DNA of 64,000 nt, from assembly GCA_963843795.1 (NCBI GenBank), contig CAWJLW010000006.1:2988375-3052374 (forward strand), in the 5' to 3' direction. This stretch comes from an uncultured bacterium (GTDB taxonomy: Bacteria > Armatimonadota > Abditibacteriia > Abditibacteriales > Abditibacteriaceae). Position 1 is the first letter of the stretch. The number at the start of each line of letters is the position of its first letter. A model generated the notes under the pieces. The model did no database searches. It was not told the DNA's origin and worked only from the letters and a program-made list of their open reading frames with translations. This document shows, in pieces, positions 31,134 to 41,100 of the stretch. Made by a program: the position numbers and the translations under genes.

Positions 31134-32000
31134 ATGTTGGTTTCCAATTTGTTGGTTGATGTACTGTTGTTCGGCGCTTTGCTGCTGGGCGCGATTGTGG
31201 ATGGAATGATTCCATCTGCACACGGTGCCGTGTCGCTTTTTGCGGTTGGTGCTGTGTTGTATCTCGCGGCTCAGGAAGCGGCGCATACGATGGAAAAGCG
31301 CAGTCTGTGGACGCAGGAATCGCTGTGGACTTCGGTTTCTTTGTGTGCGATGGGTTTGGTTTATTATTGGTGGCGCAACCAATCTGACCTGGCGCTTTTA
31401 GGTTTGTCGCTGGGCTTGATGATGGCTTCGCTGATGGTCGCGATTGGCGTTATTGGCGCCTTTGGTGCCGCAGCGCACGGACAAATTAAAGCATTGGGCG
31501 GCCTGATTTTCACCCTGCTGGCGGCGCTCGTGCTGGGCGTTTTGGCCGGTGCTTTGATTTTGGCCCTGAGCCAGCCCAACGAAATTTTGCCACTAACTTG
31601 GAAAATTGGCGTTGTAGTATTGAGCGCGCTCGGCTGGAAACTCCGCGAAAAATCTTTGAAGCCCGCGCAAAATGCAACTATAACCGAAAGTCCCACTGCG
31701 CCCGTTGCGCAACCTGCCTCCACGACACAGGCGTCGGAATCTTCAGTGGAAGTGCCCGCGTTCGTCCAAAACATTCCGGGCGCAACAGCGAATGCCAATG
31801 CGACCGCGCGCGCAAAGGCTCAGTCGCAAAATGCGCCTCACCACACGCATCGCACCTTAATTCCGCAGCGCGGAACGATTTTAGATCGCTTCTGGCCCGC
31901 ACTGGTGTTGGGCGCGCTGCTTTTGTTTTTTGCTGCCAATGGTTCGAAGCTGGTCGCACCGATTAGCGCGCCCGCTATCGCGGGCACGCCGCAGCCCTGA
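31134..32000 (+). CDS. Multi-pass membrane protein; degenerate CdsA-like, in the cdsA position
   Basis: About 7-8 TM; LIPQRGTILDRF resembles CdsA IPGHGGxLDRFD; lies between uppS and dxr. Confidence 0.6.
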   Translation: MLVSNLLVDVLLFGALLLGAIVDGMIPSAHGAVSLFAVGAVLYLAAQEAAHTMEKRSLWTQESLWTSVSLCAMGLVYYWWRNQSDLALLGLSLGLMMASLMVAIGVIGAFGAAAHGQIKALGGLIFTLLAALVLGVLAGALILALSQPNEILPLTWKIGVVVLSALGWKLREKSLKPAQNATITESPTAPVAQPASTTQASESSVEVPAFVQNIPGATANANATARAKAQSQNAPHHTHRTLIPQRGTILDRFWPALVLGALLLFFAANGSKLVAPISAPAIAGTPQP

Positions 32001-32080
32001 TTCTTGTTGCGCCGCGAGCAGACCTAAATCTGTCGCGGCGTTTTCGTTCGTCTGCCAGCAATTTAGTTCTCTTTCATGTT

Positions 32081-33259
32081 ATGACTCAACCGCGCGCGAT
32101 TGTAATTTTAGGCTCGACCGGCTCGATTGGTCGTCAGGCGCTTGAAGTCGCGCGTGCTCTGCCCGACCGCTTGCGTGTCGTGGGCTTAGCCGCGCATTCC
32201 AACTGGGAACTTTTCGCCCAACAGTGCGCCGCGTGGCAGCCGCAAATCGCCGCGATGTCGGACGAAAACGCTGCTCAGAAGGCGCGCGATTTGTTGAAAG
32301 AATTGGCGCCACAAACCACGCTGCAAGTACTTGCAGGACCAGAAAGCATTTATCAGGCCGCAACATTTAACGAAGCCGATTTGGTTTTGGGCGCGATGTT
32401 GGGAGCAGCGGGCTTGGGACCAACGATTGCGGCCATCGAAGCTGGAAAAGATATCGCGATTGCCAACAAAGAAACCCTGGTCGCCGCGGGCGAAATCGTT
32501 GTCGCGTTGGCCAAAAAACACGGCGTGCAACTGTTACCGGTCGATAGCGAACATTCGGCGATTGCGCAATGTTTGGTGGGCGAAGACGAGCGCGTAGTCA
32601 GTCGTTTGACGATTACCGCATCAGGCGGGCCGTTCGTCGATACGCCGCGCAGCGAGTTGGAAAGCGTGAGTCCGGAGCGCGCCTTGAAGCATCCGACGTG
32701 GGCGATGGGCCGCAAAATCACCATCGATTCAGCCACTTTGATGAACAAAGTTTTGGAATGCATCGAAGCGCGCTGGCTGTTCGATATCGACATGAAATTT
32801 ATTGACGTCGTGGTACACCGACAAAGCATCGTGCATTCTTTGGTAACTTTTTCAGACAATTCCGTTAAAGCGCAGTTGGGCGTGCCGGATATGCGCTTGC
32901 CAATTCAGTGGGCTTTAACGCATCCCGACCGTGTGACGGGCGCGGCTCCGCCTTTGGATATTTTTTCGATGGGGCCGCTAAGCTTTGAAACGCCCGATGT
33001 CGAGCGCTTTCCGAGTTTGAAACTGGGGCGTCAAGTTATGGAAAGCGGTGGCACGCATCCATGCGCGATGAATGCCGCGAATGAAATTGCGGTCGAAGCG
33101 TTTTTGGATGGACGCACCAGCTTTTATGGCATTATTGGTTGTATCGAAGCGGTTTTGGAACGACACGAAGTCGTATCGCGTCCCACAGTGGACGATATTA
33201 ATCACGCCGATACTCAGGCCAGACACCTGGCGCAGCAGTGGCTCGACGCACAAATTTAA
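32081..33259 (+). CDS. dxr: 1-deoxy-D-xylulose-5-phosphate reductoisomerase
   Basis: LGSTGSIG, ANKE, LPVDSEHSAI, TASGGPF, HPTWAMG.KITIDSA. Confidence 0.96.
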   Translation: MTQPRAIVILGSTGSIGRQALEVARALPDRLRVVGLAAHSNWELFAQQCAAWQPQIAAMSDENAAQKARDLLKELAPQTTLQVLAGPESIYQAATFNEADLVLGAMLGAAGLGPTIAAIEAGKDIAIANKETLVAAGEIVVALAKKHGVQLLPVDSEHSAIAQCLVGEDERVVSRLTITASGGPFVDTPRSELESVSPERALKHPTWAMGRKITIDSATLMNKVLECIEARWLFDIDMKFIDVVVHRQSIVHSLVTFSDNSVKAQLGVPDMRLPIQWALTHPDRVTGAAPPLDIFSMGPLSFETPDVERFPSLKLGRQVMESGGTHPCAMNAANEIAVEAFLDGRTSFYGIIGCIEAVLERHEVVSRPTVDDINHADTQARHLAQQWLDAQI

Positions 33260-33320
33260 AACGAATTTAACCTTGAAAAGCTTAAATCAAGCTTGAACAA
33301 GGCTCGCAAGTACTTGCATC

Positions 33321-34652
33321 ATGTCTCAATCTTCAATCGACACATCAACTGAAAATCAAGAGCTTCTCGAAGGCACGCCTCAAGGTACGCCGGAGAACAA
33401 ACCCGAAGGCAACAACATGGCAACAACGTTTGTCGTGCTGGCCGCTGCCGGTGTTTTCGCGGTTTTGCGTCCCGATACAGCCAAAACCATTGGCATTTTC
33501 CTGCTTATGCTGGGCGTGCTGGTTTTTGTCCACGAATGGGGCCATTATCAGTTCGCGCGCTGGGCAGGCATGAAAGTCAATCGTTTCGGTTTGGGTTTCC
33601 CGCCTTGGATTTACACAGTGCGCCGCAACAATATCGATTATTCGATTGGCGCGCTCCCGATTGGCGGCATGGTCGATATTGCCGGTTTGGGCAGTGAAGA
33701 AGAAATGGTTGCGACCGCCAAAGATGGCGCGAGCGTTAATGCTCCGACCGAAGGCGAGCGCTTTGAAAATTACAACAAGCGCAATCCGAACGCGCCGCAT
33801 GGCAGCAAAGATTTTCAAGATGCGAATTTGGGCTGGCGGTTTCTGACGCTGTTCGCCGGGCCGTTGATGAATTTCATCTTTGCGATGGTGTTGTTTATCG
33901 GATTGTTCACGATTGTCGGCCTGCCCGAAATCGCAGTCAACACGCGTGTGCAAAGTGTGCTGCCCGGAGCGCCCGCGGAGACAGCGGGCATTCAAGCCAA
34001 CGATCTGATCACACAAATTAACGGCAAGCCGGTGAAGACCAGCAACGATGTCGCCGACATCATTCGCGCTTCCAATGGCGCGCCCGTTCAGGTGACGTTG
34101 CAGCGCGACGGGCAAATCCTGACCAAAAGCATGACGCCCAAGATGGACGAAGTGGAAAGCCCAACCGGTGGCGTCGAACAAGCCTTTCTGATTGGCGTCG
34201 AGTTCACAACCAATATCGTGGGCAATCAGCGCGTCGGTTTGGTAATGGCAGCCAAAGCCGGAGTTGCACAATCGCTGGGCATCACGAAGAGTATTTTCGG
34301 TTTGCTGGGACGTGCGGCGACCAGCAACCTGACCAAAACCGATAAACGCGGTGTCGGCGGACCGGTGAAAATCGCGCAGGCTGTGGGACAGAGTGCCAGT
34401 CGCGGCTGGCAAGAACCGCTGCTCTTGATGGGCGCACTCAGCGTCAATCTAGGCTTAATCAACCTCCTGCCGTTTCCCGCATTGGACGGCGGACGCATCC
34501 TGTTTCTGGGCTACGAACTGGTGATGCGCAAACCGCTCAATGCGCGCATGGAAGGTTATGTGCACATGGTGGGCATGATGATGCTGCTGGCCTTTATGCT
34601 CTTCATCACGGTGCGCGATGTCGTGCCGTTCTTTCAAAATATGACGCGGTAA
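33321..34652 (+). CDS. rseP: RIP metalloprotease RseP (M50, PDZ)
   Basis: HEWGH, AGPLMN, PDZ domain, NLLPFPALDGG. Confidence 0.93.
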   Translation: MSQSSIDTSTENQELLEGTPQGTPENKPEGNNMATTFVVLAAAGVFAVLRPDTAKTIGIFLLMLGVLVFVHEWGHYQFARWAGMKVNRFGLGFPPWIYTVRRNNIDYSIGALPIGGMVDIAGLGSEEEMVATAKDGASVNAPTEGERFENYNKRNPNAPHGSKDFQDANLGWRFLTLFAGPLMNFIFAMVLFIGLFTIVGLPEIAVNTRVQSVLPGAPAETAGIQANDLITQINGKPVKTSNDVADIIRASNGAPVQVTLQRDGQILTKSMTPKMDEVESPTGGVEQAFLIGVEFTTNIVGNQRVGLVMAAKAGVAQSLGITKSIFGLLGRAATSNLTKTDKRGVGGPVKIAQAVGQSASRGWQEPLLLMGALSVNLGLINLLPFPALDGGRILFLGYELVMRKPLNARMEGYVHMVGMMMLLAFMLFITVRDVVPFFQNMTR

Positions 34653-34714
34653 AAACTGCTATCATTCGCTGCAAGTACTTGCCACAAAATACGACCTGAA
34701 ATTTTGGTGACATT

Positions 34715-35818
34715 ATGAAATTTGACGAAGAATTAAAAATCGAGCGCCGTCCGACGCGCAAAGTGAAAGTGGGTAACATCTGGATCGGCGGCGACGCTCC
34801 TATCGCCGTGCAGACGATGGCCAAAACCAAAACCGATAACATCCAGGCGACCATCGACCAAATTCACGCCATTCAACAAGCCGGCGCCGACTTGGTGCGC
34901 GTCGCTGTGCCCGATGAAGCGAGTGCGCGTTCGCTGCACGACATCAAGGCCAACATCCAGATTCCTTTGGTCGCGGACATTCATTTCAACGCCAAGTTCG
35001 CCATGATCGCGCTGGAACAAGGCGTTCACAAATTGCGCCTTAATCCGGGCAACATCCGCAATGAAGCCAAAATTCGCGACATCGTGCGCGCCGCCAAAGA
35101 ACGCAGCGTGCCGATTCGTATCGGCGTGAACGCCGGTTCGCTCGATCCGGACATCAAAGAGCGCTACGGCATGACGCCGCGCGCTATCGTCGAATCGGCT
35201 AAACGCGAACTTTCGTATTTCGACAAAGAAGGTTTCGGCGATGTCATCATTTCGTTGAAAGCTTCGGACGTGAAAACCACAATTGCAGCCTATACACTGG
35301 CCGCCGAAGAGCTGGGCGATTACCCATTTCATCTGGGCGTTACCGAAGCTGGCATCACGCGCATCGGAACGGTGAAAAGTTCGGTTGGCATGGGTGTTCT
35401 GCTTTCGCAAGGCATCGGCGACACAATGCGCGTTTCCTTGACTGGCGATCCGGTCGATGAGGTGAAAGTTGGCTGGGACATCTTGCAAAGTTTGGAATTG
35501 CGCCGTCGTGGCCCGAACGTAATTTCGTGCCCGTCTTGCGGTCGCTGCGATATTGATGTCGTTCCCTTGGCCGAACAGGTGAACGCCGCAGTCGAAGGCA
35601 TTTCACAACCCGTTTCAATTGCGGTGATGGGCTGCGAAGTCAATGGCCCCGGCGAAGCGAAAAGCGCCGATTATGGCGTAGCAGGTGGCAACGGCATTTC
35701 GCTGATTTTCAAAAAAGGCGAAGTCGTGGCACGCGCGACAACAGACAAGCAATTGGAAGCGTTGATGGACGTGATCAACGCCGATTTGAAAGACCAGAAA
35801 GAAACTGTCGAAAGCTGA
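34715..35818 (+). CDS. ispG: HMBPP synthase
   Basis: PLVADIHF, RLNPGN, RIGVNAGSL, HLGVTEAG, SCPSCGR, MGCEVNGPGE. Confidence 0.96.
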   Translation: MKFDEELKIERRPTRKVKVGNIWIGGDAPIAVQTMAKTKTDNIQATIDQIHAIQQAGADLVRVAVPDEASARSLHDIKANIQIPLVADIHFNAKFAMIALEQGVHKLRLNPGNIRNEAKIRDIVRAAKERSVPIRIGVNAGSLDPDIKERYGMTPRAIVESAKRELSYFDKEGFGDVIISLKASDVKTTIAAYTLAAEELGDYPFHLGVTEAGITRIGTVKSSVGMGVLLSQGIGDTMRVSLTGDPVDEVKVGWDILQSLELRRRGPNVISCPSCGRCDIDVVPLAEQVNAAVEGISQPVSIAVMGCEVNGPGEAKSADYGVAGGNGISLIFKKGEVVARATTDKQLEALMDVINADLKDQKETVES

Positions 35819-35947
35819 TTTTTGGCGAACTGACGTTTAAAATGATTTCGGGGCGTGCAAGTACTTGCAGGACACTGCAAGTACTTGCACGCTTCTTTGT
35901 TTGGTATCGCTGGTTATTTATTGCGGAAAGATTCCGCGAGGCTCATT

Positions 35948-36649
35948 ATGTCGAACTTGAAAGTGCGCAAGGCACGCAACTCGGATGTGCATCAAATTCG
36001 TAATCTCATTAACACAATGGCGATGCGCACGGATGAAGATTACAAGCACGGCCACATGCTGGCACGCAGCCTGAACGAATTGTACGAACACATTCGCGAC
36101 TACACTGTTGTAGTCGATGAAAACGACAAAATTCTTGGCTGCTGCGCCCTGGAATCGCAGTGGGACGGTTTGGCCGAACTCAAGGCGATGGCCATTGACG
36201 ACAGCGTTCAGGGCGCGGGCTGGGGCACAAGGTTAGTGCATCATGTGTTGAGCGAATGCGAAGAACTCGGCATCGATTGCGTGTACTTGCTCACCAATAA
36301 AATGGAGTTTTTTACGCGTCTCGATTTCGTGCCAATAGATATGCGCGAACTGCCGCAGCGCGTGTGGAACGAATGCACTAATTGCCCGAAATTTATGGTC
36401 GCCTGCGATGAAGTCGCGATGACCTATAAGGGCCAGCGCCCGCGCCAAACTTTCATTCCCGCCGTCGGGCGCCACGCTTCACCCCAAGCGCACGCCGCTC
36501 TGGGTCTGGCACCCAAAACTTCGGCGCGTGGCCCGATGAACAGCGATGGCACTACACCGCCATTTCGCCCGCACGATACAACACAAAACGACGCATCAAT
36601 TGACAAATCCTCGTCCAACGGCGTTGCAGCACATCCGCCCGAAAAATAA
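35948..36649 (+). CDS. GNAT N-acetyltransferase (short ArgA-like)
   Basis: MLARSLNELYEHIRDY, QGAGWG, LPQRVWNECTNCPK...CDEVAM. Confidence 0.78.
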   Translation: MSNLKVRKARNSDVHQIRNLINTMAMRTDEDYKHGHMLARSLNELYEHIRDYTVVVDENDKILGCCALESQWDGLAELKAMAIDDSVQGAGWGTRLVHHVLSECEELGIDCVYLLTNKMEFFTRLDFVPIDMRELPQRVWNECTNCPKFMVACDEVAMTYKGQRPRQTFIPAVGRHASPQAHAALGLAPKTSARGPMNSDGTTPPFRPHDTTQNDASIDKSSSNGVAAHPPEK

Positions 36650-36653
36650 GGTG

Positions 36654-36691
36654 CAACAATGGCGCTGCAAGTACTTGCAGCGCCATTGTTG
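36654..36691. terminator. 38-bp perfect palindrome between convergent genes
   Basis: caacaatggcgctgcaagt|acttgcagcgccattgttg. Confidence 0.6.
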
Positions 36692-36701
36692 TCATTGAAT
36701 T

Positions 36702-37997
36702 TCAGCGCGGCACTTCGCCTAGCACGAAAAATGAACCGGTCACCAAAATCAAATCTTTTTCATCGGCAATTTGTCTCGCGCGTTCGAGCGCCGCACCGAC
36801 TTCGGACACGACCTCCACAACCGCATGGGGCCGCATTTCCCTGCGCGCTTCAGTAGCAAGAAATTGCGCATCAAGGGCGCGCGGATGTTGGGCTTGGGTA
36901 GCAATTAACACATCGACCTCCGGTGCAAGTATCTGCAGCATAGCTTGATAATCTTTATCTGCGCTAACACCGACTACCAAAATCACACGCTGCCATTCGC
37001 TGCGGCGTGTGGCAAGTACTTGCAGCAATTGTTCTACGCCGTCGGGATTATTGGCACCATCGACGACAATATCGGGCGCGCGATGGATGAACTCAAAACG
37101 GCCCGGAACACTCGCGAGTACTTGCGCTGGCGTTTCTTCTTCGAACTGCCAATCCATTTCCTGACAAAATGCGGCAGCGGCCATGCGCGCGGTTTGCAAG
37201 TTCAAACGTTGAAATTCGGGAGCATTGGGCTCAGGCAACTGTGCAACTTCGTTCCAGACGCGGGAACAATTTTCCAAATCGTTAGAAAATTCGAGAGCTC
37301 GGAAGGGCCACAAACGCGCGCTGATGTTGTCACAGTGTTCTCGAAAGATCGCAAGTACTTGCGGCTTGGTTTCGGCAGTCAAAAGAACGCGTTGTGGTCG
37401 GGCGATGCAGATTTTATCCGCAGCGATGAGTTCGATTGTATTGCCCAAGCGGTCGCAATGATCGAGCGCGACGTGCGTGATAACCGAAAGCACGGGTTCG
37501 GCAGCGTTGGTCGCGTCCCAGCGTCCGCCCAACCCAACTTCGACGACGGCTGCATCGACGTTTTGACGCGCGAAATGCCAGAAGGCTAAAAACGTCAGGG
37601 TTTCAAATTCGGTTGGCTGCTCGAGCGCACTTTCGACCGCGTTCAAATGCGGCAGGGCGTCCTGAAAAAGCGTTTCCAACGCGGCATCGGAAATCGAGCC
37701 GGAAAACAATTGGTTGTCGGCTTGTTGCGCCTGAATGATGCGCAAGCGCTCGTTCCAACGATAAAGATGTGGTGAAGTGTAAAGCCCGATGCGGCGATGG
37801 TGAGCGGCGAGCAAAGTCGCGAGAAATTGCGCGGTCGAGCCTTTGCCATTGGTGCCGCCGACGAGAATGGCTGGGTAAGAATTGATTGCGGACGCAATGG
37901 GCCGGGTTTCGAGCAGTGCGCGAATGCGTTCTAAGCCCGGACGAATGCCAAAGCGCTGCACACTGTCGAGATAAGCTGAAAATTTGATATTTGCCAT
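36702..37997 (-). CDS. folC: Folylpolyglutamate/dihydrofolate synthase
   Basis: GTNGKGST, YTSPHL, EVGLGGRWDATN, LDH..LG, PGRFE, VTGSFF. Confidence 0.93.
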   Translation of the reverse strand: MANIKFSAYLDSVQRFGIRPGLERIRALLETRPIASAINSYPAILVGGTNGKGSTAQFLATLLAAHHRRIGLYTSPHLYRWNERLRIIQAQQADNQLFSGSISDAALETLFQDALPHLNAVESALEQPTEFETLTFLAFWHFARQNVDAAVVEVGLGGRWDATNAAEPVLSVITHVALDHCDRLGNTIELIAADKICIARPQRVLLTAETKPQVLAIFREHCDNISARLWPFRALEFSNDLENCSRVWNEVAQLPEPNAPEFQRLNLQTARMAAAAFCQEMDWQFEEETPAQVLASVPGRFEFIHRAPDIVVDGANNPDGVEQLLQVLATRRSEWQRVILVVGVSADKDYQAMLQILAPEVDVLIATQAQHPRALDAQFLATEARREMRPHAVVEVVSEVGAALERARQIADEKDLILVTGSFFVLGEVPR

Positions 37998-38190
37998 AAA
38001 ACTTCGCTCAGGAGACGTTCATCAAGTATTCTTTGTGAAGTACTTGTTCAAGTGCACCAAGCCGATTTATCGGCGCTCGCGTGCAACAGGTTGGAAAAAC
38101 GGGCGTATGGGGCAAATATCATACAGACATTACCCCCATTTCGCTATTATGTTAAAGTATTCTCACCCTTGGAGAGAGGTTTTGCTTCGT

Positions 38191-41100
38191 ATGGCTTCAG
38201 CCAAAATGCCGGTTCGCGTTCCCTTGTTTCCCGCTTTGCTCGCCCTTGTTGCCTGTTTTGGTCTGGTGAGCCAATCATTTTCTCCACCTGCCGCCGCGCA
38301 AAGCGGTGCTGTACCCAAATCCGCTTTGGCATCGCGTTTACAAACCGACGTAAATGCATTGACTAAATTCCCATCGCGCGCACCGGGCACGCCGGGCAAT
38401 GCGCAAGCGGCGGCCTATATGCAGAATCGCTTCGCGCAGATTTTCGGCGCGGGCAACGTGCAAGTCGAAAATTACACAGTCACAGCTCCGGTTACTAAAA
38501 GCGCGACTTTGAACGGACAGCGCGTTTATCCGATTTATCCCAACGCCGTCGTGCCCTCGACCACACCTTTAGATGGCATCAGTGCGCCGATGATTTACGC
38601 GGGACAAGGTTTGCCGCAGAATTTCAACGGCCAGAAAGTCGAAGGCGCAATTGTAGTTCTGGAATTTAATTCCGGCTTGGGCTGGATTACCGCCGCCGAT
38701 TTGGGCGCGCGCGCCATTGTGTTTTTGGAGCCCGAGCAAACCGCAACCCAAACCCGTGGGCCCGGAACGCAAACCGCGCCCAGTTCGCGCGGCGAGGCCG
38801 AGCGCAAATTCGCCAGTTTGCCAATTGAAGTGCCCCGCTATTACGCTCCGCGCAACATCGTGGCAGGTTTACCTACCGGTGCTGGCAACCAAAATTCTGC
38901 AGATGCCACCGGCGCGACTGCGCTGGGCACAGGCATCTTGAAATCGGTGGTGCGCTGGGAGCGCGTGACCTGTCGCAATGTGCTGGGCACGATTCGCGGC
39001 ACGGATCCCAACATTGCGGGCAAACCGGGCGGCACGCTGATCATCGGCGGCTACTACGATTCGATGGCGATTACGCCCGACCTCGCGCCCGGAGCCGAAG
39101 CTGCGGGTAATGCGGCGGCATTGTTGGAATTAGCGCGCCAATTCAAGGCGCGCCCTCCCAAGTACTCGGTGCTGTTTTTGGCCGAAGGTGCACACCACAT
39201 CGCGCTGGCCGGTATGCGGAATTTCGCGGCAACGCACTTTCTGGATACGACTGGTAAGGCCGAAAAATCCGTAACGGAGCGCATTGATTCCTACAAAGGT
39301 TTTGTTGGTTTAGACCTCACTTCGCGCACGAACACGGTCGGCCTGTTCGCCAAATCTTCGTTCTACAACCAGATGACCGTTGGTGCGGAAAACATTCTGC
39401 TCAACCAGTTCGCGGATTTCGCGAAAACCCTGAATGCGCAGGCCGCGCGACTGGCCAAACAGCGCGGCGTGCGCGATGAAGAATTTTATGTCGATGGCGT
39501 GACGGGCCGTGAAGGCCGCACTTGGCGTTCTTATCTGCCCTCGCCGGTCGCGTTGGATTCCGAAGTGGCGACAATGGCACAAAAACCCGCGATTTCTTTC
39601 GCGACTGCCAATGATGCGCGCACCCTTCAAGACACGCCTTTTGATACTGCTGACCATCTAAATTACAATAACCTCGCCGGCCAAATTACGACCATTGCCA
39701 ACTTAATGAGCGGCGGCTTGCCAGATTTGAAGCGCTGGCCTGACGCAGGTGGCTTTTCGAAAATTTTTGGATATGCGGTCGGACGTAGCATTTATCGCAA
39801 CGTGGGTGCAGGTGCGTCTTTCCTGCCTTCCACGCCGCTGCCAGATGAGAAACTGTTGGCTGACGACATGCAGAAGCCCGGTGCAAAGCCGATGGACGCC
39901 AATACTCTGAAAAATGTGGAAGGCGCTCAAGCGGTGGCGTTTATTCTGGATCGCAATCGCGATTACAAAAGTTATTCGGGCGTGCGCGGTGCATTCATTG
40001 AACGCGCGACTTTTTCCAAGCCTTCCAAAGATGATAATCCGGTAGCGCAGTTCGTTTTCATCGGCCCACGCGTGGGCGACCCCAAAGGCGGTGGCACGCC
40101 GCAAAACGAAATCGAAGCCTATTCAATCGATAAAAATGGACGTATTTCGTTCGCGCCCGATATGGGTTCGGAACGCCAGCGCTTCTCGCCCAACTTCAAC
40201 AGCACAACCGCTTCAATAACCTACAAAGATGCTGCTCTGGGCCAGCTGGATGTTTCGGCTTCGGTGATTTGTTTTGAATCGCGCGCGATGGCGCTTTACG
40301 ATACGCTCGATCAGCGCTATTTCCAGATTCTGCGCGAAATGGTCGTTTTAGATGGGCAGACCGATGCCAACCCGGTGGAATACGGCTACATTCGCCCCGC
40401 TGTTGCGCCCGGCGCATCGGATGCTGAACCGGTGGCGATTGTATTTGGTAAGCCGGAAATGCGCTTTAAGCTCATCATGCAGATGGGGTTGTTGGGCAAA
40501 CGTTTGGTGCTGTTACAAACCGAACCTAGGGTCGGCAAAAATGCCGGTAAAATCGTTTTTGAAGGCGCGGGTTTCAAGATTGACGAAGGTGGAGGACAGG
40601 CCGTTTTACATGTCGCTTATCAGACGGCGCGCGATTTGTGGATTCTGGATCAGCAACGCATCGGGCTATTGAAAAAATTCGGCATCAATAACGGGCGTGT
40701 CGATACCCTGCACGGCGCAGCGGGCTGCGAGCAGGGCGATGGACCGGATAAATACGATTGTCCGACACCCCTTATCGCCGAACCCAACGGCGGCTCGATA
40801 CAGGCCGCCGAACGCGCGTTGGAAACTTTTCGCTACGACACGTTTTATCTCGAAGCGCGCCGCGCGTTTGGACTGGAATCGCGCGCTTATCCAGATGTGG
40901 AAGCGACCGCGCAAGACGTGCTCAAGGGCATTATTTTCTATCTCGCGTTGCTGTTGCCCTTTGCTTATTTCGTCGAACGCTTGTTGTTCGGTTCGCCTGA
41001 TATTCGCCGTCAAATCGCCGGTGCAGCAGGCGTGTTTTTGCTGATCTTCTTCGGCATTCGCTTTGTGCATCCGGCCTTTGAACTGGCCCTCACGCCGTTC

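Noticed and set aside
33345..35488. Long antisense ORFs (33345-34412 and 34733-35488; likewise 40666-41538, 5625-6389, 7547-8290)
   Set aside because: They are shadows of well-supported genes on the other strand, with no recognisable motifs.
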